Source: Candidatus Kapaibacterium sp. (lineage in GTDB: Bacteria > Bacteroidota > Ignavibacteria > Kapaibacteriales > NICIL-2). Taken from it: DNA of 64,000 nt. Positions 21,349-31,243 of this stretch are shown here, one piece after another. Position numbers and translations under genes: made by a program. Position 1 is the stretch's first letter. Every line of letters begins with the position of its first letter. The stretch spans positions 810 through 64,809 of the forward strand of contig JANWWF010000004.1 in assembly GCA_025055755.1 (NCBI GenBank), read 5' to 3'. The notes beneath the pieces are model-generated. The model searched no databases, had not been told where the DNA came from, and was given only the letters and a program-made list of their open reading frames with translations.

Positions 21349-22041
21349 CTAATCCACCACCACAACCGCGGAGTCGCTACCGCTGGTAGTATCCAGCCGC
21401 AAAAGGTAAAGCCCTGGCGCGCTACCAAGCGGCAACTGAAGGACAATGCGATAGACTCCCCGCTCCTGCTGCTGTTTTGCTTCCAGCACTTGCCGCCCCA
21501 GAAGATCAAACAGTCGAATCCGAACTTCAGAACGAATATCCAGCCCGACGTAGATGACAAAGGGTTCGTCCCGCTCGATGGGGTGAGGATAGGGACCTTC
21601 CAGCCGTGCAAAGCGCACATACGGTAATGGTGGACCAATCGAACGGACGACAACCACCTGTACACGGCGCATAAGATTAATGTCGCATCCCTGCACCGAA
21701 TCGAGCGTCACGATACACACCGAATCCGAACCTGCCAACACAACACCACAAAGCTCCAAGGTGTGCTCTCCATCTGGAGCGATCATGCCCCCAACCAGCC
21801 AAAGCGAGTCATTGCGGCGTTCGAGGCGGAGCGTATCGTTCCCCACTCGTGCCTGAAGCGGATACCACACTGTTGGGTTGCTCAAGCGGAGAGTAGCGCT
21901 AAAAAGGCAATCTCCATTGGGGAGTGCTATTTGCCATTGCACACAGAGCGTGCGACCGACGATGCCCCGCGTTGTGTCGGACTGAGCTTGTGCCGGCATC
22001 GAAAGACAAAGCAGTACAGCAAGAATAAGGGCATTCTTCAC
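21349..22041 (-). CDS. secreted protein with C-terminal T9SS sorting domain
   Basis: Signal peptide KNALILAVLLCLSMPAQA, then C-terminal PYPHPIERDEPFVIYVGLDIRSEVRIRLFDLLGRQV...GLYLLRLD matching the T9SS type-A C-terminal domain pattern. GTG start overlapping the upstream stop (GTGA) is inferred. Confidence 0.55.
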   Translation of the reverse strand: MKNALILAVLLCLSMPAQAQSDTTRGIVGRTLCVQWQIALPNGDCLFSATLRLSNPTVWYPLQARVGNDTLRLERRNDSLWLVGGMIAPDGEHTLELCGVVLAGSDSVCIVTLDSVQGCDINLMRRVQVVVVRSIGPPLPYVRFARLEGPYPHPIERDEPFVIYVGLDIRSEVRIRLFDLLGRQVLEAKQQQERGVYRIVLQLPLGSAPGLYLLRLDTTSGSDSAVVVVD

Positions 22042-22805
22042 TTGGCTACGCGCTTCGCAGGTGATTTGGCTTGGGGCGATCCACTCGGCTTGACGATGAT
22101 AAAAGGCGTACAAGCGCATTGCTCAGCAACGAGCGGTCGTGCTTTTTCCGCTGCTTCGCGGGAATTGTAGTCACCAATCGTAACTGCGTACAGCGAGGGG
22201 GCTTTCTCAATGACTTCTACGATCAAGCGGCGTTCCCGAAATCGCGCTGCTTCTTGTTCGGCGACTTCCCTGGTCGAGTAGGCACCAATTTGAAGTGTGT
22301 AGCGGTCGGCAACAGGTTGGGCTGTGGGGTCCTGCCCTGCTTGCCCACGGCTATCGGAGGCGATGGTTACTCGTCCGCGCTGGTGCATGGGGTCAAGCCC
22401 TACGGTTGCCTGGACAAGGTTCTGGGCATGGATGAGAAACTCCGACAGCGGATAGCGTTGCTGATATTCCGCCAACGCAGCACGTGCTGCCGCGGTATCC
22501 CGCAGCAAGGCGTAATACTGGACAATCCGCCATTGGGAATCATCTGCCCATTCGGAGGTGGGGAACTCTCGCACAATGCGCTGATAGAGCTGGAGCGCTT
22601 TTGGTCCATCGTTTTCCACGATGGCGCTCAAAAAGAGCACGCCGGGGTCGTTGGGATATTCGTTGAGCAGGGCAGGGATTTGGCGTCGAATCTCCTCCAC
22701 TCGTCCCTCCGCAACAGCAAGAATTTTTGCCCGAATCGAAGCGTGCTGGCTCCACAGCGGGAATGCACCTGTAAGCAATCCGATTGCAATCACACGACCA
22801 ACCAT
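22038..22805 (-). CDS. SPOR domain protein with TPR-like N-terminal region
   Basis: C-terminal YTLQIGAYSTREVAEQEAARFRERRLIVEVIEKAPSLYAVTIGDYNSREAAEKA is a SPOR peptidoglycan-binding domain. Confidence 0.65.
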   Translation of the reverse strand: MVGRVIAIGLLTGAFPLWSQHASIRAKILAVAEGRVEEIRRQIPALLNEYPNDPGVLFLSAIVENDGPKALQLYQRIVREFPTSEWADDSQWRIVQYYALLRDTAAARAALAEYQQRYPLSEFLIHAQNLVQATVGLDPMHQRGRVTIASDSRGQAGQDPTAQPVADRYTLQIGAYSTREVAEQEAARFRERRLIVEVIEKAPSLYAVTIGDYNSREAAEKARPLVAEQCACTPFIIVKPSGSPQAKSPAKRVAK

Positions 22806-22965
22806 CCTCGACCTGCTGTATGGTGAAACACCCTGCGCGTTGCCGCTTACGTGCGGCGCAATACTTTTGCGTCGTGCGTGAGCCAGCTGTGGCAGCGGTA
22901 ACCGTCGAATGTGCCTACTGCTGGGCTGAACTACTTATCACCATTGCACCGAACGCGTAGCAAAA

Positions 22966-24072
22966 ATGCAGAATCCATCAGCGGTTTCCATCCTTGTCGC
23001 TGCGGGGGGAACAGGCGGAGACCTTTTCCCTGTCCTTGCAGTAGTTGAACGCCTCCGGCAGCTCGGTTGTCCTCAGGGGACGATCGAGCCACTGTTTGTT
23101 GGCAACCCAGACCGTATCGAGGGACGCATACTCCCTGCGCGCGGATACTCGTTCGTTCCGATTCCCATGCGTGGCTACTACGGCGTGCGCTCGTTGCGAA
23201 CCTATTCCCTTGCATGGCGACTGCCTTCTTCGATCCTTCGGGTATGGCACGCTGTTCTTCGGGTGCGCCCACGGCTGGCGCTGCTGGCAGGAGCCTACCT
23301 GGGAATTCCCGCCGGCATTGTGGCACGGCTGCACAGGATACCGATTGTGCTTGTGGAAATCAACGCAACTCCTGGCAAGGCGAACCGGCTTCTGGCACAG
23401 TGGGCACACCAAATCCTTGTAAGCAGCGAAGAATGTCGCGCCGCATTTCCTGCTGCTGTCCGTTCGCGCGTAGTTGTCACCGGAACCCCAATCCGTCCAG
23501 CACTCCAGCAGCTCCCTCCGGTCGCCCAGGCTCGGATGCGATTTGGTTTGGCCCCTGATCGCCCTGTGCTGTTAGTACTCGGTGGTTCGCTGGGAGCACA
23601 CTCGATTAATCGGGCAATTGCAGCTCACCTTACCGCAATCTGTGCGTGCGGCTGGCAGATCCTATGGCAAACAGGCAGTGCAGAAATTCCTTCATCCCCT
23701 CCTGGCGTAGTTGTCCTCCCGTTTATCGAGGACATGGCATCTGCCTATGCAGCAGCAGAGCTGGCAATTTCTCGCGCAGGGGGCAGTACGGTTGCCGAGC
23801 TTGCCGTTACCAAGACCCCAGCAATTTTGGTTCCTTACCCTCATGCAGCGAACCGTGAGCAAGACCGGAATGCTGCCTTTCTTGCTCACTCTGGCGGCGC
23901 GGTTGTGATAGCGGATACGCAGCTGGACCATGCACTGTGGCAGGTGTTAGCACCGCTGCTTGGTGACCCAGAGCGGCGCAGCCAAATGCGCAGGGCTCTG
24001 GGGGAGGTAGCTCGTCCCCATGCAACCGACGAGGCTGCCACTATTCTCCGCGCGATGCTCTGCAGCGATTAG
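22966..24072 (+). CDS. murG: GT28 glycosyltransferase, MurG-like
   Basis: AAGGTGGDLFP, GGSLGA and FIEDMASAYAAAELAISRAGGSTVAELA align with E. coli MurG landmarks. Not in a dcw cluster. Confidence 0.7.
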   Translation: MQNPSAVSILVAAGGTGGDLFPVLAVVERLRQLGCPQGTIEPLFVGNPDRIEGRILPARGYSFVPIPMRGYYGVRSLRTYSLAWRLPSSILRVWHAVLRVRPRLALLAGAYLGIPAGIVARLHRIPIVLVEINATPGKANRLLAQWAHQILVSSEECRAAFPAAVRSRVVVTGTPIRPALQQLPPVAQARMRFGLAPDRPVLLVLGGSLGAHSINRAIAAHLTAICACGWQILWQTGSAEIPSSPPGVVVLPFIEDMASAYAAAELAISRAGGSTVAELAVTKTPAILVPYPHAANREQDRNAAFLAHSGGAVVIADTQLDHALWQVLAPLLGDPERRSQMRRALGEVARPHATDEAATILRAMLCSD

Positions 24073-24440
24073 TGGAGTTTCTGTACCTCAGGCGGCACCA
24101 TCATGTTGGGGTCGGCCACCATGATCTCGCCGTACTGTTGTTCATACCGGGCTATATTCTCGCCTAACGCCGCCAGAAGCAGCTTCGCATGCTGAGGCGT
24201 CATGATAATCCGTGCATGGACACGGGCTTTTGGTACCCCAGGCAGGAGCCGAGTAAAGTCAATGACAAACTCGGCAGGGGAATGCGAAATAATAGCCAGG
24301 TTCGAGTAGATGCCTTCGGCTTCTTTTTCTCCCAGCTCGATGTTGATTTGCTGGGGCATAGGTTGATCGTGTTGTGGCATAGGTTGCTCATCGTAATTGT
24401 GAACACACGAGAGTGCAATAACGAGTGCCATGCTTTCCAA
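24069..24440 (-). CDS. DUF3467 family protein
   Basis: YSNLAIISHSPAEFVIDF motif characteristic of DUF3467. Confidence 0.55.
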   Translation of the reverse strand: MESMALVIALSCVHNYDEQPMPQHDQPMPQQINIELGEKEAEGIYSNLAIISHSPAEFVIDFTRLLPGVPKARVHARIIMTPQHAKLLLAALGENIARYEQQYGEIMVADPNMMVPPEVQKLH

Positions 24441-24443
24441 TTG

Positions 24444-25976
24444 TCACTGCTGCTTACGCAGTGTGTCGGCACGTTTGTATGCACGTTCGGCTTTGTCCAT
24501 TTGGTTGTTCCGTGCGTAGTAGCCGCCCAAAATCTCCCAGTACCGAGGATTCTCGCTGTATTGTGGCTCCATTGCTTCCAATTCTACCACCAGCTGACGC
24601 AGCTTATCCTTCTGGCGAATGGTCTCGTAAATGTTGAGCATGTGCTCAAGAGCGGTCAAATCGTTGCGGTGTTCGGGCAGTTGCCGATAGCGGTTGAAAT
24701 AATCAGCTGCCTTGATAAGCAACGGGAAGTAGCGCTGTTCATTTTCCTTGTACTTGGGGTCCTTTTCCTTCCGCTCACGCTCTTCTTTTTGAATCTGGGC
24801 TGCACGGTTTTTCAGGGCTGCTGCTGCATTGAATAGCGCTACATCATAGGCAGGATCAAGCTGCAGTGCTTTTTCATACTCTGCGATTGCTTCCTCATAG
24901 CGCTCTTGCTGGAACAGGAACAAAGCGTAGTTGGCAATGTAGTATTTGTTCGTTGGATTGCGCTCGATAAGCTGCCGCAGTTCTGCCAATGCTTGGTCAA
25001 TTTTGCCTTGGTCGCGGTAAATCTGTAGGCGGAGATTTTGTACCGCTTCTTCATCGGGGGTCAACACCAGCAGAGGATTGAGTGCTCCAAGTGCATCGTC
25101 GAATTGGCGCCGATTGTAGTAAATCGTTGCCGATTGGAGGTAAGGACCAAGCGATATTGGCGCATAGCGGAAGCGCTCGTCAATAGACCAGCTGGAGGGG
25201 GGATTGACACGCCAGCCTTCCACACGATAGCCTTGCTGCGACTTAGCAAGACTGGACACGAACACCGTGTCGGTGCCACGCACGAAGCGGTCGACAACCA
25301 TCGAGTCACCGGTGGTGCTCCGACTTGTCCGGCTTTGAAGAGGAGCACCAAGTGCATCAATAACTTTGTCACGCGAGATACCAAGGGAAAGCCCCGTTCG
25401 CTGGGCAAAATCAACAGCCGGCTGTAGCAATTCAATGTAGCGGCGGTATGCCACCAGTGCCTCGGCTGTATCGCCTTGCAGTTCAGCAAGGCGCCCTTTG
25501 AGGTCGTAGTTCTCTACTGCTTCTGGGCGGAGCAGAATTGCTTTATCCACCATGGACAATGCACGGTCAATATCACTCCGGTCGCGCCCTGAGACAGCGC
25601 GGTTATAAAGCTCGACAGCATTGTTATAAAGCTCTGCCCAGGCGACGTAGAAAATCTGCGGCAAGGCACGGCGCCGATCCTCATTCAAGCCGGGCTCTGC
25701 ACGCCGATATGCTTCGATCATGCCTTGCACGTCGCCCAGTTCCTTCCGCACTGCACCCAAATCGTACCATGCTTCAGCGTTTTGCGGATTGCGCTGGACT
25801 TCGCGCTCAAGCAACACACGCGCTGAATCCCACTGGGAACGTTGCATAAATTGCCGTGCACGGGCATGATCAGGAGTTAAGCGCATCAATCCTGCACATC
25901 CGCCCCACACGGCTGCCACCAGCACAACGGCAGACACCCATCGCTGTTTCACACGGAAACTCCAAGTGTTCGACAA
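24444..25976 (-). CDS. TPR-repeat protein with signal peptide
   Basis: Multiple 34-residue W/Y/A-rich repeats (AEAWYDLGAV, AIAEYEKALQLDP and others). N-terminal hydrophobic segment. Confidence 0.7.
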   Translation of the reverse strand: MSNTWSFRVKQRWVSAVVLVAAVWGGCAGLMRLTPDHARARQFMQRSQWDSARVLLEREVQRNPQNAEAWYDLGAVRKELGDVQGMIEAYRRAEPGLNEDRRRALPQIFYVAWAELYNNAVELYNRAVSGRDRSDIDRALSMVDKAILLRPEAVENYDLKGRLAELQGDTAEALVAYRRYIELLQPAVDFAQRTGLSLGISRDKVIDALGAPLQSRTSRSTTGDSMVVDRFVRGTDTVFVSSLAKSQQGYRVEGWRVNPPSSWSIDERFRYAPISLGPYLQSATIYYNRRQFDDALGALNPLLVLTPDEEAVQNLRLQIYRDQGKIDQALAELRQLIERNPTNKYYIANYALFLFQQERYEEAIAEYEKALQLDPAYDVALFNAAAALKNRAAQIQKEERERKEKDPKYKENEQRYFPLLIKAADYFNRYRQLPEHRNDLTALEHMLNIYETIRQKDKLRQLVVELEAMEPQYSENPRYWEILGGYYARNNQMDKAERAYKRADTLRKQQ

Positions 25977-26196
25977 GATCGCAAGGGAAAATTACGGAAC
26001 TGCTTCTGTGCAGCGGATACCGTAGAATTACGGAAAAGCCACCTACCAGTAGCCTGTCGCTGCTTTGAGCACTCCGCTGGTGAAGACAAAACTTTGCCAA
26101 TAAGCACGATGCTCCGCATTACGCGCTCTTTCGCTGCAAAGTCAAGCACAAGCATTTTTGTAACATTGCGTAGTTCCATCTACGGACTATCCCAAA

Positions 26197-27528
26197 GTGA
26201 TGAGCATCTGCAGTCCTGATAGTCCCCTTGCCGAGCAGGCGCGCGCATTCGATGCCCAGGACGACCTTGCTGCATTTCGGGAAGAATTTGTTTTCCCGAC
26301 GTCCAACGGCCAGCAGTGTGCATACTTTGCGGGGAATTCGCTTGGCTTGATGCCACGGGCAGCACGTGTGGCGGTGGAGGAAGTACTTCACGAATGGGGC
26401 ACACTGGCTGTTGCAGGACATCACGAAGCACGCATCCCATGGTACCGCTACCACGAAGACCTTGCTCCGTACTTAGCCGAGCTTGTCGGTGCCGCACCGC
26501 ATGAAGTAGTGGCAATGAACAGCTTGACGGTGAACTTACACCTTATGCTGGCATCCTTTTACCAGCCACGCGGTATGCGGCGAAAAATTCTCCTTTTGCC
26601 CGCCGAATTTCCTAGTGACCGTTACGCAGTCGAAAGTCATGCCCGATGGCACACCATCGCACGGGACGACGCCATCGTCGAGCTGCCAATGGACTCCACT
26701 ATGCGCCTTTCTACTGAGGCAATCATCAATGCAATTGAAACACTCGGCGAGCAGCTCGCCCTTGTGCACATGAGTGCGGTACACTATCTAACGGGACAAT
26801 TTTTCGATGTTGCGGCAATCACTGCGGCTGCACACCGCGTTGGTGCTATTGCAGGATGGGACTTAGCGCACGCTATTGGGAACGTTCCTCTCCACCTCCA
26901 CGCCTGGGATGTGGACTATGCGGTGTGGTGTTCGTACAAGTACCTCAACTCTGGTCCAGGAGGCGTCGGTGGCGTATTCGTCCACGAGCGGCATGTTCGC
27001 AATCGTGAGCTTGTGCGGTTGGCAGGATGGTGGGGCAACGACCCCGCAACACGCTTTACCATGCCACAGTGGTTCGAGCCAGTGCCCAGTGCCGATAGCT
27101 GGCAGCTAAGTAATGCACCCGTCCTCGCGATGGCAGTCCATCGCATCGCTTTGGAGCAATTCCATCGGGCAGGCATAGAGCGGCTTCGCCAAAAGAGTAT
27201 TCGCTTGACGGGATTTTTGGAAACTGTGCTCCAGAGCCTTGCAGTACACTATCCGCAGCTTGGCATCGAGATTGTCACCCCGTCTGACCCTGCCCAACGG
27301 GGAGCACAGTTATCGGTACGGTTTAGGGCAGGACGTGCCGTACACGACCATTTGCTTTCCCGGGGTATTGTTGTGGATTGGCGCTCACCGGATATTATCC
27401 GGATGGCACCAGCGCCGCTGTATTGCTCGTTTTTCGATGTCCTTCGTCTTGGTAGCGCAGTGGAAGAATTCGCCAGTGGTGTTTCTTCGGAAGCAGCGTA
27501 TGCCTCAACACAATCGGTATCAGCGTAG
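26197..27528 (+). CDS. kynU: kynureninase
   Basis: Class V fold with kynureninase-specific blocks (YFAGNSLGLMP, CSYKYLNSGPGGVGG). Confidence 0.85.
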   Translation: MMSICSPDSPLAEQARAFDAQDDLAAFREEFVFPTSNGQQCAYFAGNSLGLMPRAARVAVEEVLHEWGTLAVAGHHEARIPWYRYHEDLAPYLAELVGAAPHEVVAMNSLTVNLHLMLASFYQPRGMRRKILLLPAEFPSDRYAVESHARWHTIARDDAIVELPMDSTMRLSTEAIINAIETLGEQLALVHMSAVHYLTGQFFDVAAITAAAHRVGAIAGWDLAHAIGNVPLHLHAWDVDYAVWCSYKYLNSGPGGVGGVFVHERHVRNRELVRLAGWWGNDPATRFTMPQWFEPVPSADSWQLSNAPVLAMAVHRIALEQFHRAGIERLRQKSIRLTGFLETVLQSLAVHYPQLGIEIVTPSDPAQRGAQLSVRFRAGRAVHDHLLSRGIVVDWRSPDIIRMAPAPLYCSFFDVLRLGSAVEEFASGVSSEAAYASTQSVSA

Positions 27529-27754
27529 ATTCCCCTGGGCGCTTGTGTACACGACCAATACCGTCTGGGAAGCAGAATTGGTCCGCGGGTACTTGCACGC
27601 CCGAGGGATCAAGGCAGTGGTTGTCTCGCAAGTTGACTCGATGCGGGGACTCACTGTCGGTGCACTGGCTATCGCGAAGGTGTATGTTCCTTCCCCCCTA
27701 TACGGACAAGCTCAACGTCTGCTTGCTGCATATGGACGCAAGCAGAGTAAGTGA
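27512..27754 (+). CDS. DUF2007-like small protein
   Basis: WALVYTTNTVWEAELVRGYLHARGIKAVV resembles the DUF2007 fold. Start uncertain, and the ORF overlaps the kynU end. Confidence 0.3.
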   Translation, partial: NRYQRRFPWALVYTTNTVWEAELVRGYLHARGIKAVVVSQVDSMRGLTVGALAIAKVYVPSPLYGQAQRLLAAYGRKQSK

Positions 27755-27916
27755 GACTGCCAACTAACCAGACACACGCGAGCAGGAGGTCACCTGTCCT
27801 AAGACCCCAATATCTGGCTTCCGTTTGCTCTGTTACAACCTTCTGCCTCCTCCTATGACATCCTCGAAGGCTTTATCCATCAAGTAGAGTGATATCGTTT
27901 CGCTAACACCTCCCAC

Positions 27917-29494
27917 CTATTCTACCACCAATTGCCCACGGAAGAATTGGTTTCCTGCTCGGACAGTACAGAACACAACACCCGGTAATTCCACCGGAGG
28001 TAGAAAACATTCTTGATGCCCAGCATCGAGGTAGCCAAGCGACATTCGACTGAACGACCGACCTGTTTCATCGTGGAGGGTTATCTCAACCTCAGCTGGT
28101 CCAGTCAATCGAAAGGTGATTTTTGCTCGCTGCCCACACGGGGTTGGATTTGGAAATATCTCCAGGTTAGTTCCACCGACGAGGGTCGTTTCAGTTGCAG
28201 AGGTTGTGCCAGTTTGGATAATTGGGATAGTCGGGAAATCACGGAGCATGACGGTTCGCAGCAGGTCACGATCAACACCAAACCACTGGGCGAGGATCGA
28301 AGTGTACACTTGCCGGAAATCATACTGCATGAGAAGATTTCCATTTGCATCCAGCTCAGTCAAACTCGGATTTGTCCCACGGATTCCCGGTATAACCTGC
28401 GTACCGAACACGAACATCGGAGCTGCAGTGCCATGATCAGTGCCATAGCTCGCGTTTGATGCAACCCGGCGACCGAATTCGGAAAAGGTCATCGCAATAA
28501 CCCTGTCCTGCAATCCGTGCTGCCGCAGATCATCGAAGAACGCGTACACTGCACTGGAAAGTCGTCCTAACAGGGTCGCGTGTATCCCTTGTGTTGTATT
28601 CCCCTCTTCAACTTGTGCTGCATGGGTGTCGAATCCATTGATTGAAACGAGATACACGCGGGTCTGAAGTCCTCCAGCGATAAGTCGTGCTACAATACGG
28701 AGTTGATCGGCAAGAGTATTATTGCTTGGATATGATGCGCGGTTCTGAGCACGGTCAGCTGCTGCCTTAATGCATGCAGAATACTGTTGAGATTGGAGTT
28801 CCACTTGGCGGAGATAGGCAAGTTCTCTGCCGGGACGCGTATCAGGGGTCTGGCCACCTGCGGTACCTTCCACACCATTGACGATATTGTAAAATGTTTC
28901 TGGGTCTTGCAACGCTAATCCCATCGAGGCATGAGATCCATGCAATGCCAACGCCATGATCGCTCCTATTTGAATTGCTGGAGGATCTGGTGTAGAGGCA
29001 TTTGGATACCCACTTGGATAATTCGGAAAGAGCGTGTTTAGGTAGCGTCCCATCCAACCCGTCTTTAGATATTCGTTATAGTCGGATGCAGTCATCCAAA
29101 TGTCCGTCGAGCGGAAGTGGGATAGATTCGTGTTCGGATATGCAACCCCTTGGATAATGGTAACCATCCCTTCGTTGTACATCCGCTGAATTTCCGTCAT
29201 AGCGGGATGGAGCGCGGCAGAGTTGGTGATAGGCAGCAAACTCGATTCGGGTAACGCAACGTGTTCCCGAACTCGGTAATACGCACTGAGCTGGTCCAGA
29301 GGAATAACCGTGTTTATTCCATCGTTGCCCCCGTTGAGTTGGATAAGAACCAAGACACGGTCAGTGGTACTAAGCACCCTCCACAATGTGTCAAGAACCC
29401 GTGTGCGACCAATTGCATGAATAGGCAACCCTCCAATGACCAGTGGGAGAGTAATGAGAGGAGTTGTCGTTTTGAGAAAATCTCGGCGTTTCAT
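27917..29494 (-). CDS. DUF1501 protein with Tat signal and C-terminal T9SS sorting domain
   Basis: MKRRDFLKTT twin-arginine signal, DHGTAAPMFVFG DUF1501 motif. Last ~85 aa (LEIFPNPTPCG...ITFRL...VEITLHDETGRSF...GVVFCTVRAG...QLVV) fit the T9SS C-terminal domain pattern. Confidence 0.75.
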   Translation of the reverse strand: MKRRDFLKTTTPLITLPLVIGGLPIHAIGRTRVLDTLWRVLSTTDRVLVLIQLNGGNDGINTVIPLDQLSAYYRVREHVALPESSLLPITNSAALHPAMTEIQRMYNEGMVTIIQGVAYPNTNLSHFRSTDIWMTASDYNEYLKTGWMGRYLNTLFPNYPSGYPNASTPDPPAIQIGAIMALALHGSHASMGLALQDPETFYNIVNGVEGTAGGQTPDTRPGRELAYLRQVELQSQQYSACIKAAADRAQNRASYPSNNTLADQLRIVARLIAGGLQTRVYLVSINGFDTHAAQVEEGNTTQGIHATLLGRLSSAVYAFFDDLRQHGLQDRVIAMTFSEFGRRVASNASYGTDHGTAAPMFVFGTQVIPGIRGTNPSLTELDANGNLLMQYDFRQVYTSILAQWFGVDRDLLRTVMLRDFPTIPIIQTGTTSATETTLVGGTNLEIFPNPTPCGQRAKITFRLTGPAEVEITLHDETGRSFSRMSLGYLDAGHQECFLPPVELPGVVFCTVRAGNQFFRGQLVVE

Positions 29495-29515
29495 GTGGGT
29501 ATCTCCGTGGTGATG

Positions 29516-31087
29516 TCACATCAATTGGTATTCCGCCATTCGGAAGATTGCCCGGATCAAACTCTGCAATCGTTGCTGGGCTGCACCCCGCGCAGTCGGA
29601 TTATTGGGATTTGCTTTGTAAGCAGACCATATTTGCCCCCACTCATAGACCTGTCCCCCTGCCATGAGCACATTTCGTGCAAGATGGTCACGTTGTTGGT
29701 CGCTCGGGGGATAGGCAGGAAGGAGCTCCTCGACAAGATCATCAACAAGCTGGCGGTAATCACCCGGATTAGAGCTGACTTTTTCAGCGAAGCCTAACAC
29801 GTCGAGGACGTAGCGTCGGGGTAACGCATTGCCCCCCATGACCACCGCATCAGTGAGGGCATAGCGGGCAGAGAGGGTGGCACTGTTGATCCAAAAGCGA
29901 TAATAATCCGGGGTTTGATAGTATGCCGGCCATCCCGCAACACTCGGTGGATCCATTGGGTCTTGTTGCTGGAGAATTGCTTGAGTCACAAGGGATGTTA
30001 GAATTCGTCGCTTCTCTTGCAGCCCCGTTGGCAAGGTAAAGCCCACCGCGGTAAACAACTGGACAATGAAATCAAGCGGGCTTTTGATCATTGCTCCAAT
30101 ATTTTGCTCGTCGAAAAAACGCTGACTCTTAAGGAGAACACGGAGAACAGGTTTCACCTCGTAATTCGATTGACGGAGAAGCTGCGCTAAGGGTTCGATT
30201 ACCTCTTGCTCTGTCTGTTGATCAATGTCGTAGAAGACAAACCACCGGTATAGTTTCCGCACATAAAACCGTGCAGTCTCTGGCTGAGCGAAAATCATGT
30301 CGAGTAATTCATTAATCTCTTCAAGACCACCTTCAGGGGTACTCCTCCCATGAATGACACGGTTCCCAAATGCAGAGGAGAACTGTTTGTCACCGCGGTC
30401 GTGCAACGCAACATTATACACGCTTATACTTGGATCCCCTCGTCGTTGGATACGCCAGCCGGTGAGAACACGAGCAGCTTCCTGGACATCACGTTCCGTG
30501 TAATTGGTATAATCACCATCAGCTCGCTCTGGACCCTTGCCTATAGTGAAAAGCTCAAATAACTCGCGAGCGTAATTCTCATTTGGTTTCTGCGCAGTGT
30601 TTTGATCGCCGTTCAGGTACCGAAGCATCCCTGGGTCAATTGTAATTTGTCGTGTCAACTCTTGGATATTGCCCAGGGCATACCGACGAAGCTTAGCATT
30701 GTGATGATATGCAAAGCGAGCATCCGCGATTACCATAAGCTCCGTCGCGAAGAAATTATGCCAAAAAAGTGTCATCTTCTCAACGATTGAAAGCCTATCT
30801 GTGCGGAGCATCTGCTCGAGCCACCACCCCTTGAGTATCGTAAAGTACTGCCCATCGTTTTGTAAGGGTGTTTGACTGTTGACAAAGTCTTCTCCCGTAG
30901 TCGGATCTTTCGGCGGATCTGGCATGGGTTGATTAGCAAGGAGATGATCTACAGCAGCGTCCAATCCCATCTCCAGCAGCTGCCGTGCAAACCTGCGGGA
31001 GTTAAGAAACGTCGCCCGCCGAAGGAGATGACCGGCGCGGCGCTCATCCCAAGGACCGATATAACGATCAAGAGCACCCATAAGCAC
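29516..31087 (-). CDS. DUF1800 protein
   Basis: N-terminal RRAGHLLRRATF and overall architecture of DUF1800. The conserved DUF1800-DUF1501 gene pair. Confidence 0.75.
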   Translation of the reverse strand: MLMGALDRYIGPWDERRAGHLLRRATFLNSRRFARQLLEMGLDAAVDHLLANQPMPDPPKDPTTGEDFVNSQTPLQNDGQYFTILKGWWLEQMLRTDRLSIVEKMTLFWHNFFATELMVIADARFAYHHNAKLRRYALGNIQELTRQITIDPGMLRYLNGDQNTAQKPNENYARELFELFTIGKGPERADGDYTNYTERDVQEAARVLTGWRIQRRGDPSISVYNVALHDRGDKQFSSAFGNRVIHGRSTPEGGLEEINELLDMIFAQPETARFYVRKLYRWFVFYDIDQQTEQEVIEPLAQLLRQSNYEVKPVLRVLLKSQRFFDEQNIGAMIKSPLDFIVQLFTAVGFTLPTGLQEKRRILTSLVTQAILQQQDPMDPPSVAGWPAYYQTPDYYRFWINSATLSARYALTDAVVMGGNALPRRYVLDVLGFAEKVSSNPGDYRQLVDDLVEELLPAYPPSDQQRDHLARNVLMAGGQVYEWGQIWSAYKANPNNPTARGAAQQRLQSLIRAIFRMAEYQLM

Positions 31088-31124
31088 TCTCCTGAAAGTA
31101 GTTAGGCCTCAATGCATCGAATAA

Positions 31125-31198
31125 CTATCAAATGACTATCAAATATCGTACCGTCGCAACAACCAGAGTTTACACTTGCAGTGACACTCAAAGTGTAA
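31125..31198. promoter_or_regulatory. repeat-bearing region upstream of the DUF1800/DUF1501 pair
   Basis: Tandem CTATCAAATGA / CTATCAAATAT (31125-31146) and inverted repeat TTACACTTG ... CAAGTGTAA (31170-31198), about 40-110 nt upstream of the DUF1800 start. Confidence 0.25.
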
Positions 31199-31243
31199 GA
31201 AGGTTACAAGAGCACAAAAAATTCGTCCCTTAAGCGGAGGTCC

